Position numbers and translations under genes: made by a program. Shown piece after piece: positions 18,801-27,325 of a stretch of DNA of 64,000 bases (within the stretch, counting starts at the first letter, position 1; every line of letters starts with the position of its first letter). The notes beneath the pieces are model-generated. The model did not search any database and was not told the DNA's origin. It worked only from the letters and a program-made list of their open reading frames with translations. The DNA comes from Promethearchaeota archaeon (GTDB taxonomy: Archaea; Asgardarchaeota; Heimdallarchaeia; Hodarchaeales; Hodarchaeaceae). The stretch covers positions 151,318 through 215,317 of the forward strand of contig JBHLMN010000005.1 of NCBI GenBank assembly GCA_048938105.1. Reading direction: 5' to 3'.

Positions 18801-21800
18801 ATTTCCCAGTCCTAATTGACATTAGTTCCACAAGTTTTAAAGAGAGTCAGATAAGATCAGACGCAAATGATATTCTTTTTACTGATGAATTTCAGAATAA
18901 ATTAGATTTTGAGATTGATTATTTCTCACAAACTCCCACCCAAGGACGGTTAATTACCTGGGTTAAAATTCCTTACCTTTATGAATCTGTAGATACTGTA
19001 ATATCTCTTTATTATGGAGGAACATCACCTCTTGAATCACAACAAGATCCTGTTGGTGTATGGGAATCAGATGTTGGGGTATGGCACCTATCAGAGGATC
19101 CCTCTGATACAGATCCTCAATTTAGCGATAGTACAGGAAATTCAAATGATGGAACTGCTGTTGCATTAACAACATCCAATCAAGTGACTGGAATTATTGA
19201 TGGGAGTTTAGAGTTTGACGATACGAACGAACGTCATGTTGAAGTTAATCATTCATCTTCGCTTCAATTATCTTCAAACATTAGCGTATTTACGTGGGTT
19301 AAAACAACAGATAGCGATTCAGATGTTGGAGTTATAGTTGCAAAGTGGGGAAGTCAAAGTACAGACAGAAATTACTGGTTGGGAAAGCTTGATGCCGCAA
19401 ATATTGCATTTTATGTTGATGACACCCAAACAGTATCATCAAATTTAAATCTGATAAATAACGACATCTGGCATCTAGTTGTTGGCGTTGCTGATGCATT
19501 GAATGGTCAATTACGATTGTATGTTGATGGAGTTCTCAGAAATTCAGCCAGTTATGATGGAACTTCTTTTACTGGTAGTTCAAGTTTTCACGTTGGAAAT
19601 AGTCCTGGAGAAATATTTCAAGAATGGAATGGATTAGTTGACGAAGTTCGAGTTTCAGGAAGAATATACTCCGTAGAATGGCAAACAACTTCATATAACA
19701 ATCAATTATTACCTTCAAATTTCATTGTTGTGAGTGGAGAACGAGAATTCGATGTAATATCTCCTACCCTAAATGACTTTGGTGTTGATGACCTAGGAAC
19801 TGGTACAGGTGTGTTCTGGGCACAGGTTACTGATAATTTAGCTGGAGTGAGTTCTGTAAAACTTGAAGTAAATGGAATACCTCATTTAATGAGTGATAAT
19901 GGGACACATTGGATTCATCAAGAAACGGTGGATTATTTAGGCTATTACGAATATCAGATTATTAATGCGTCGGATTCAGTTGGAAATTATCTTATAAATC
20001 CCTCTATTGTGAGAAATTATACATTTATTAATGATATCGTTGCCCCTGATGTAATTGATTGGAAATATATAAGGGTAGAGGATAGATTTTATGCAAATGT
20101 AACTGATTCATGGGGTACGATCGATACTGTTATTGTAGAAGTAACTGCTCATACAGTTTCCTTACCTGATCCCCCAACAGCTGTAATGCAGTTTTACCAG
20201 GATTTTGGAAGTGATCTTCTGGGATATTTGAATGATACTATCGAAATGAGCTCTGGTGATATTGAATTTAGAATTTTTGTCAATGACAGCAATGGTAATT
20301 CTTATACTTCAAGTCCCCACCCTGGAACTGTCTTTAAGAATCATCCTCCTGTTGTCAGTGATCTTACACTAGATACTGCTCCTTATCATAGTAATAGTCC
20401 ATTAGAACTATCATATAATTACACTGATGAGGATGGACATGCAGAAGTTGGAACTGAAATAAGATGGTACAAGAACAATGGCACAGGATTTCAACTAGTT
20501 CCTGATAAGAATAATAGCCTCACAATATCCGCTTCTTTGCTCTTTAAGGATGATGAGTGGTATGTTACCGTAAGACCTAAGGATGGACAAGCTTTTGGGG
20601 ATCTTGAAAACTCTACAATAATAACGATTACTAATACTCCTCCAATTGTTCAATCTGTTCAATTGAATCCAATAAGTGCCTACACTACTTCTGCTCTTAC
20701 TATTCTAAACACCACATCTGATTATGATGGAGACACTATAACAAAATACTACATTGAATGGTTTGTAAATTCTATTCATGATCCAACTTATGATAATGAA
20801 TTTCAGATTAATCCAATTAGCACCACTAAAAACGAGTTTTGGTATTGTCATCTAAGAGCCTTTGATGGAACTGACAATTCAACTTGGGTTAATTCAAATA
20901 CGATCACAATACTAAATAGCCTTCCCAAGGCAGTAAATCTTTCCATTACTCCTGCACAGCCATATAACACTTCCATATTGACAGCAAACTGGGATATGCA
21001 GGATGCGGATGGTGATAGCGAGAATAAAAGTCTCGCAATAATATATTGGTTCAAATATGGAATTCCTCAACTTCATTTAACCAATTCTACCTATATTAAT
21101 CCTGATAATACCAGTAAAGGTCAACTATGGTCGTTTAAAATCCGAGTCTGGGATGGTACAGCTTATTCTGGAAATTACTCTATTTCTCCAATCGAAATAT
21201 TAAACTCGGTTCCAACAGTTAAAAACGTAGAAATATTAATTTCTAATCCTCAATCAGGTGATGATTTGCCAATCGGATGGTATTATTCCGATCTCGATAA
21301 CGATTCGGCTGGAACTCCATTAATTAAATGGTATAGAGATAATGAGTTAATATATGAAAATTATGACCCCTTACCATCATCTGTTACAACCAAAGGGGAG
21401 TATTGGCATTATGGGATTCAGGTTTTCGACGGAGAGGTTTATTCAGCTCAGGTGAACTCAACACAAGTATATATTGAAAATACTGTTCCTATTATTGAAT
21501 CTCTCTCCCTTACAAGTGATGCAAAAACATTAGACGATTTAATAGCTTCTTGGAATGCCCTTGATAATGATACAAGTGATGACTTAGAATTTAATGTTAC
21601 TTTTTATTTAAATGGGAATAAAAATTCTTCATGGCTCACAACTAGCTCAAGTGTGATTTTAGAGTCAGGAAACACTACTAAGCATGATTTATGGTATTTT
21701 ACAGTAGAAGCGTTTGATGGAGACGCATATTCTAACATCTTCTCATTAGAAAGCAATGTTACTATTTATAATTCTTTACCTATTGTACCCCCGAGTAGTG

Positions 21801-24800
21801 CGACTTTCAATAAAACTACTCCGCTAAACAACGAAGGTTTTAATATCACTTATCAATTTACTGATGTTGATGGTGATGTAGAAAACCTAAGTAAAATATT
21901 TGTATATTGGTTTGTAGATTCAGGTGCTGGATTTGAACATCGTCTTGAATTTCAAAATTATACAGAAATCCACTCTGATAATACCTCGGATGGCCAGATT
22001 TGGTATTATAAACTAAGAGTAAGTGACAATGAGGGATATAGTATTAATGTAACCTCAATTTTGGGAGTTCAAATTGGGACTGGTGGTCCGGAAAATAAAC
22101 AACCTAAAGCATGGAATCTGACAATTAAACCGATTTCTCCAAACACAACTCAATCGCTTATCGCAAATTATACTTATTTCGATTTTGATGATGACCCACA
22201 AGTTGCAGTTGAAATACTTTGGTATATGAATAATGATCTTCAACCTGAATTTACTAATCTACTCACTATTTCTTCAAGCGTTACAGAAAAAGGTCAAGAA
22301 TGGAATTTCACTGTTAAAGTTTTTGATGGAACCGATTGGAGCCCGCTAAATTCATCTGATACCATAACGGTTTCTAATGCAGAACCATTCGCAAGTAATC
22401 TTGATTTAACTTCTAATATCTATACTGATGATAACTTAATTGCATCGTGGCAAGCATTTGATTATGATTCAAGTGATAGTTTAACATACAACATAACTTG
22501 GTACCAAAATGGTGTGAAGAATTATTCTTGGATCACTTCAGATCTTAGTGCTGTGTTGAATCATGAAAATACAACTAAGAATGCGAATTGGACCTTCTCC
22601 ATTCAAGTTTTTGACGGAATTATAAACTCACAAGTTTTTTCGTTGGATTATAATGTTACAATATTGAACTCAGCCCCCATAGCCGCAAATCTGACGATAA
22701 CTTCTAATCCACGGAGTATAGATGATCTCATCGCTGGATGGGATTATGATGATATTGATGGTGATCCTGAAGCCGACTCTAGTGCGATTATTACATGGTA
22801 CAAAAATGGAGAGAATCAAACAGGCTTATTCAATAATGATGTGATTGATTCTGGGAATTTAGGTAAGGATGAAAAATGGTGGTTTACAGTTCAAGTTTCA
22901 GATGGAGAAGACCACTCTCTTCAGATATATGAATCTAACCACGTTACAATCTTGAATACAGAACCTCTTATCTCTGGGAGCCAACTTCCTGTTCCTAGTA
23001 GCCCCACTCGACTATCTGGGATTGATCTTAATTTAAACGATATTTTACTTGCCTTCAATGACCCAGATTTAGACGATATTGAAATAATTGAAATCAGTTG
23101 GTATAGAAACAATGTTTCACAAGAACAATTCGCACAGAGTTTGTCAATCGATGGAGATTATTTCACGAAGGGTGAAACTTGGAATTATTCTGTGATTGTT
23201 ACCGATGGTTTATCTAATTCGTCTGTTCTCTTCTCTCAAGTGTTTCAAATTAAAAATTCGAAGCCCGTTGTAGAAAATTCACATTTTGAGGACACTGATG
23301 TTAAAACAAATGATGATCTGGTAATTATATACCAAGCGACGGATGTTGATAATGATCCAATAACAGTAGCTAATATAATTTGGGAGCTTTATAATTCTAC
23401 TAGTGGCGAATATGATATAATGACAGATTATAACAATACGATGGTTTTACCTTCTAATGCCACAACAAAAGGGGAAATCTGGTTGTTTGAAATTCAGGTG
23501 ACGGATGGATTACTAGTTTCCGAATGGGACGACCCGACAATCCCAATTGTGATAGAGAATAGTGTTCCTCGTATAATTATAGATAGTATTACCATTTCTG
23601 GGGGGGAAACTACTCAAAGTTCTCTAACTGTGAATTACTATTGGGAAGATGACGATCCTGAGGATGATGAAGGAGCGACAGGAATTATCTGGGAAAGTAG
23701 TACTCAATATATAACAAATGAATCTACCAATCTTCCTTCTAAATATACTGTTGCTGGAGAAAGATGGTGGGTAACCATACGTCCTCATGATGGAGAGGAT
23801 TACGGGGAGTATTATGATAGTAAACAGTTTGGGGTGACCATTATCATCGGGAACACTCCACCTTACGTAATACCTGATGAAGCAGCAATATTCGGTATTT
23901 TAAATGAAACTATTTATGATAGAAGTACTGTAGGAACTACCCTTGACTTGGTTGTTAAATATAATGCTTCTGATATTGATGGTGATCAAGGAGTAGTTGC
24001 TTATGATATCGTACTAATTGAAGGGGATTATGTAAGTAATTCAGAATATCATTGGTATAGAAATCGCTCTGGAATTGTTACCCAAGTATCAACATTAAAT
24101 GGGAAAACCAAAGTTCCATTCTATTTCACACAACGTGGTGACATTTGGTGGTGTGAGATAAAGCCAAGAGATCTTTACGGTGATTTTGGCTCTACTTATA
24201 ACTCAACTCCAATAATTATTGGAAATACCGCGCCCAAGATTAGGGATATCAGTTGGTTAAATGATTATCCAACTGCTAATGACAATTTAAGTATCGAATT
24301 TGATTATTTTGATGCTGATAATGATCCTATAGTGGAATCTAAAACTCTTATATTGTGGTACAAAAATGGGAACCTAATATTTGGCACTGAAAATCAAACA
24401 ACTATATCAAACACCTATTTTATAAAAGATGATAACATTACTGTTATCATTAGACCATTTGATGGAAAAAATTGGGCAGCATGTAATTTTACTAGCGGAA
24501 TCATTCGAATACAGAACTCCCCCCCAATTATTAATGAGATTATACTTGAACCTTTAGTTTTCGAGGATCTTGCAATTTTGTGCCTTAATTGGTCTTATTA
24601 TGATTTAGACGGAGATCCTGAAAGTAATAATTACTATATTAGATGGATTAGAAATGGAGGGGTTGTGCCTGAGTTTGAGAATTCATCATATATCCCCTTA
24701 ATTACTGTAAGTAATGGCGATTTATGGCGTGTTGAACTGAAGGTTAATGATGGAACGAATTATAGTGTTCTCTACTTAAATCATATTTATACCAAAGTTG

Positions 24801-26479
24801 TGAGAGTTGAGTACGTTTTTGAAGCATCTTCAAATGTTGATCCCAATATTAGAATAGATGAATTTTGTGTAGAAGACGAGAATATCAGAATTATATATCA
24901 ATTTTCGATTCAAAACGATGCCCTCAATTCGTTAATTCAATGGTACAAAATTTTTCCAAATGGGACATACATCGAAGTGTTTGACTTTGAAAATTCTACT
25001 TCCATACCTTATTGGGCCACTTCGGTTGGTGAAAGGTGGTACTGCACAATTACTCCCTTTGATGGAAAGTACTACTGGAGAAGGATTAATACATCACGGA
25101 TTATAATACTAAGTCGTCCAATTATTGAAACATTAATAGAAGATATAGTAATAGCACTATCTGATATAGAAGGCCATTATCTCTTCAACCTGACAGTAGG
25201 TGATACTGAAAATCCTGTTACATTCGTTGAATACACACTAAATGATACTGTACGCCTTGCGGAGCAAATAAATCAAAATACATGGGTATTAGATTATCAG
25301 CTACCAATTAATAATTTCGCGAGCTTAGAGGGAACCTTGATTGTCGGAGAAGTTAAAGTAGGGTACTCAGTAAATCAATCATTTGATGTATTTACATTTC
25401 TTAATCTTAACTTTACAGTTGTTGATTCTGCTGCTCCAAGAGTATTCAATGCATATTTTGCTCCTAGTGAGGTAAATATCACCTTTTTTGCAGAAGTAGA
25501 AGAATTCGGGAGTGGTATAAACTCGGTAATATGTCATTACTACTTTGAACCTGTAAATGAGACTGAAGGTGGAGCTGGAGGCTCAATAAACCACTATGTG
25601 CATTCATCTCAGATGACTTTTTTGAATTCTACAGACTCAGCTCAACTTTATTTAGTAACAATACCATTCAAACAAAACGGAACTGATTGGAGAGTTATTT
25701 ATTGGATAGAAACCTTTGATAATGCAGGTAATCATAATCCAAGGGCATTTGATGTTTTAAGAGATGAACCTGAAAGTGTTGATTTAAATATAATAAAGTT
25801 CATTCCCCCTGGGTTGCCTCAATGGATATTACTAGTTGCTGGAGCCATTATTTTCCTTATTTTTTTCGGTGCTGTCGTTTATGTACGATTTATCCGAAAG
25901 GCTGAATTGGTAGGATTAGACAAAGAGATGGTAATGAAAGGTATAGCACAATTCTCTGATGCTGAAATCTCATCACAGATGGAGCATCATACAATTGGAG
26001 GTATGGTAAGTTTCTTTGATCAACGACATGGGCCTATTCCCATTGTCGTTCATCCTGAAGTTTTGAAAGACAATTTTCCTAAGCTTGTTGATCTCAGTGA
26101 TAAGTCTTTTTCGAGTACTGGTTTTAGTAGTAACTTTACTACTGAAACAACCTCATCTTATGATTATGTGCTAGACCAAGATTTACTTGTCGCAGTCATG
26201 AGCTTTGGATTCTCCTTAGACAAACCTCAGGCTAGAGGGGGACAAGAAAATATCACTTTTAATCTTATTATCTATAAAGATCTTTTCGATCTCCTGAATC
26301 AATTTCTCAATGAAATAAAGGTTGAGGTTCATAAGTTACATATGATTATGAATGATCCATCCACACCAAAACAACAGTTGAGAAATGACATTGTTCGGAT
26401 CAGGAAGTATGTTACTAGCATTATTATGAGCTATGAGTCACAATATGGGACCACAGAACTCCTTGAGGAAGAAATTTAA
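15821..26479 (+). CDS. Giant single-pass surface protein: 3x DUF2341+LamG, ~16 cadherin/Ig-like repeats, TM helix, cytoplasmic longin/uDENN-like domain
   Basis: W...W.YRK.I.I...L.NFP..DI.FT...WV modules each followed by LamG (WH...W; G..DE.R); repeats N..P..D.DGD..WY..DG; TM 25823-25885; tail FFDQRHGPIP..FSLDKPQARG. Probable start ATG 15830. Confidence 0.85.
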   Translation: MVEMRLKIVRLFGIILLFIYMVTLCSTIVSIEKYESEETSNFFIDILRGVGIPPAKEYIGAPIERLMSESVDDDLHFSNFSINSKIGGSYARTDWVDTRWKFRKNITIDHNQVPADLENFPVYVELFDTDLQEHAQASGNDIFFTNEKGKVLDFEIEQYLRTYNSSHAKLVAWVRANVSSSAPDTILTIYYGNPLSSNHENPSGVWDNNYLFVLHMDQDPSISDILDSSQNGFDFDVEPTSNMNSDDLVIAQTGKGISFDGSDDYIFLPYSENFIGSVDKMTFEFWIMFPNGGPVSREWLAAPGTTSHNPRLSFNYNFDFRVEGILTSTSELTSALSSFSANTWYYITAIWDGTGDGLHEIYINGLWDNDDSTPLAEQHIEWNTFAIGAEDDETNGVGGDNPHNEINAVVGEFRLSNSVRDSNWIWTQFSNQKDPRDFFALSSEEESPTQDDWLLPLYKYRKNIHINSSQISGTLVNFPILIDVIDSDLSDTSKVQSDGDDIAFTSNEGWIWSDELISNGGFETGNFAGWTVSGNWAVGTDPSQGDKGPQAGSYCAYVSSSGQSTDYIQQDINIGSYASYIDSGKAISNVTGWMVAAEDGFDYCNMAIEYLDNIKSVISTPVDKGNLLPTSWTKYGAISDLIPINTRYIRIRASCCEEGWDAGSLDSFSVKIGTYQSLTRGFQLSHDIDYFDQGTGHLVAWVNVPRLASDTNNNITIYYGNDVLRNNQDPSNVWKQYHEAVWHLSEESGSSSYIVDSTMNGYDGTPSGTQYLQSGLVGGARDFIASGVNEIVMDDGSELLDGWDAFTISFWIYPNFASDSEWESASNGAVFYKQQSAWLSRIWRVSGMDPGVGKFQVDLNFENSGTQYINVDIYRQYWNWIVYSFDGQYLRIFVNGSFMGSNDLGSDKLVSDTSQFKLGNGASTFKGYLDEFQLLNYGKTVDWVTTEYTNIDDPTSFYTVGEEENSSKWWADTSFGYRRDIVIDRNEIAGDLRNFPVLIDISSTSFKESQIRSDANDILFTDEFQNKLDFEIDYFSQTPTQGRLITWVKIPYLYESVDTVISLYYGGTSPLESQQDPVGVWESDVGVWHLSEDPSDTDPQFSDSTGNSNDGTAVALTTSNQVTGIIDGSLEFDDTNERHVEVNHSSSLQLSSNISVFTWVKTTDSDSDVGVIVAKWGSQSTDRNYWLGKLDAANIAFYVDDTQTVSSNLNLINNDIWHLVVGVADALNGQLRLYVDGVLRNSASYDGTSFTGSSSFHVGNSPGEIFQEWNGLVDEVRVSGRIYSVEWQTTSYNNQLLPSNFIVVSGEREFDVISPTLNDFGVDDLGTGTGVFWAQVTDNLAGVSSVKLEVNGIPHLMSDNGTHWIHQETVDYLGYYEYQIINASDSVGNYLINPSIVRNYTFINDIVAPDVIDWKYIRVEDRFYANVTDSWGTIDTVIVEVTAHTVSLPDPPTAVMQFYQDFGSDLLGYLNDTIEMSSGDIEFRIFVNDSNGNSYTSSPHPGTVFKNHPPVVSDLTLDTAPYHSNSPLELSYNYTDEDGHAEVGTEIRWYKNNGTGFQLVPDKNNSLTISASLLFKDDEWYVTVRPKDGQAFGDLENSTIITITNTPPIVQSVQLNPISAYTTSALTILNTTSDYDGDTITKYYIEWFVNSIHDPTYDNEFQINPISTTKNEFWYCHLRAFDGTDNSTWVNSNTITILNSLPKAVNLSITPAQPYNTSILTANWDMQDADGDSENKSLAIIYWFKYGIPQLHLTNSTYINPDNTSKGQLWSFKIRVWDGTAYSGNYSISPIEILNSVPTVKNVEILISNPQSGDDLPIGWYYSDLDNDSAGTPLIKWYRDNELIYENYDPLPSSVTTKGEYWHYGIQVFDGEVYSAQVNSTQVYIENTVPIIESLSLTSDAKTLDDLIASWNALDNDTSDDLEFNVTFYLNGNKNSSWLTTSSSVILESGNTTKHDLWYFTVEAFDGDAYSNIFSLESNVTIYNSLPIVPPSSATFNKTTPLNNEGFNITYQFTDVDGDVENLSKIFVYWFVDSGAGFEHRLEFQNYTEIHSDNTSDGQIWYYKLRVSDNEGYSINVTSILGVQIGTGGPENKQPKAWNLTIKPISPNTTQSLIANYTYFDFDDDPQVAVEILWYMNNDLQPEFTNLLTISSSVTEKGQEWNFTVKVFDGTDWSPLNSSDTITVSNAEPFASNLDLTSNIYTDDNLIASWQAFDYDSSDSLTYNITWYQNGVKNYSWITSDLSAVLNHENTTKNANWTFSIQVFDGIINSQVFSLDYNVTILNSAPIAANLTITSNPRSIDDLIAGWDYDDIDGDPEADSSAIITWYKNGENQTGLFNNDVIDSGNLGKDEKWWFTVQVSDGEDHSLQIYESNHVTILNTEPLISGSQLPVPSSPTRLSGIDLNLNDILLAFNDPDLDDIEIIEISWYRNNVSQEQFAQSLSIDGDYFTKGETWNYSVIVTDGLSNSSVLFSQVFQIKNSKPVVENSHFEDTDVKTNDDLVIIYQATDVDNDPITVANIIWELYNSTSGEYDIMTDYNNTMVLPSNATTKGEIWLFEIQVTDGLLVSEWDDPTIPIVIENSVPRIIIDSITISGGETTQSSLTVNYYWEDDDPEDDEGATGIIWESSTQYITNESTNLPSKYTVAGERWWVTIRPHDGEDYGEYYDSKQFGVTIIIGNTPPYVIPDEAAIFGILNETIYDRSTVGTTLDLVVKYNASDIDGDQGVVAYDIVLIEGDYVSNSEYHWYRNRSGIVTQVSTLNGKTKVPFYFTQRGDIWWCEIKPRDLYGDFGSTYNSTPIIIGNTAPKIRDISWLNDYPTANDNLSIEFDYFDADNDPIVESKTLILWYKNGNLIFGTENQTTISNTYFIKDDNITVIIRPFDGKNWAACNFTSGIIRIQNSPPIINEIILEPLVFEDLAILCLNWSYYDLDGDPESNNYYIRWIRNGGVVPEFENSSYIPLITVSNGDLWRVELKVNDGTNYSVLYLNHIYTKVVRVEYVFEASSNVDPNIRIDEFCVEDENIRIIYQFSIQNDALNSLIQWYKIFPNGTYIEVFDFENSTSIPYWATSVGERWYCTITPFDGKYYWRRINTSRIIILSRPIIETLIEDIVIALSDIEGHYLFNLTVGDTENPVTFVEYTLNDTVRLAEQINQNTWVLDYQLPINNFASLEGTLIVGEVKVGYSVNQSFDVFTFLNLNFTVVDSAAPRVFNAYFAPSEVNITFFAEVEEFGSGINSVICHYYFEPVNETEGGAGGSINHYVHSSQMTFLNSTDSAQLYLVTIPFKQNGTDWRVIYWIETFDNAGNHNPRAFDVLRDEPESVDLNIIKFIPPGLPQWILLVAGAIIFLIFFGAVVYVRFIRKAELVGLDKEMVMKGIAQFSDAEISSQMEHHTIGGMVSFFDQRHGPIPIVVHPEVLKDNFPKLVDLSDKSFSSTGFSSNFTTETTSSYDYVLDQDLLVAVMSFGFSLDKPQARGGQENITFNLIIYKDLFDLLNQFLNEIKVEVHKLHMIMNDPSTPKQQLRNDIVRIRKYVTSIIMSYESQYGTTELLEEEI
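20339..25120 (+). repeat. About 16 tandem ~100-aa cadherin-like repeats within the giant ORF
   Basis: Successive starts NHPP, NTPP, NSLP, NSVP, NTVP, NSLP, NKQP, NAEP, NSAP, NTEP, NSKP, NSVP, NTPP, NTAP, NSPP plus one degenerate unit; most carry a DxDxD-type motif. Confidence 0.8.
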
Positions 26480-27325
26480 GTTAAAGAAGAAATACCTCAG
26501 ATTGCTAATCTGGTTTTGGCTTTAATTGAATTTTAATTAATGATTATAATACTATAAAATCCTTTAAGGGAACCACTCACAACCATCTCATTCTAATCTA
26601 AATCCTTTTACTGAATTTTGGATTCATATTTTACCTTGTTAGCTTAACAGATGCAGCAGTAACCCAAGAGTGAGAAACAACCAAGTGTTTGCAGCCAGCT
26701 TGAATAATGGGAAAGGAGTCTTTGAAATAAAAACAGCTATGTCTAAGATTATGGAGAACGCCAAAAGGACAGAAACATAAAAGACTGTTAGATCTACCCC
26801 CCAAATTTCTTCATAATTTAAAAATGTATAAAAATTATCGATAAACCATCAGGACGTTTCTTTTAGGCATTAAAAGCATAAATGTAAAGGAATATTGCCC
26901 TGTGTGTTATTTAGATGGGGGTTTTATCATATAATAACTAGTAAAGGATTTAAATTCAAACATATCTTCGGAATTTTAGGTCTTTCGGGCTTTGTGTTCA
27001 TTTATCAGATTTGTATAAGTAATATTTCTTAGATCTTTCATAATGGCTCTTTATAGGAGTGCAATTCATATTCAAATTGGTACCTTAGATAATAGTTTTA
27101 TTATTGCTCTATTATTTATGTTTCAAAGCTCCTAGAGTAAAAAAAAGAGTCCTAGAATCCAAGCAACAATTATTATTATCAAAAACAATATCTACAATAG
27201 ACTGATTTCTATTTCAATCTCTTATTAGTAGTATTTAGATAGATTTAAAATAATTAGTTTGAGTGGCTAACTATCATTATAATATTTAGGAGGTTCAATA
27301 AATTAAAGACAAGCTTCAATCTATT

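Noticed and set aside
26520-27280. Possible degraded gene or transposase between the giant gene and the TPR gene
   Set aside because: Only short broken frames; no recognisable catalytic motif or terminal inverted repeats
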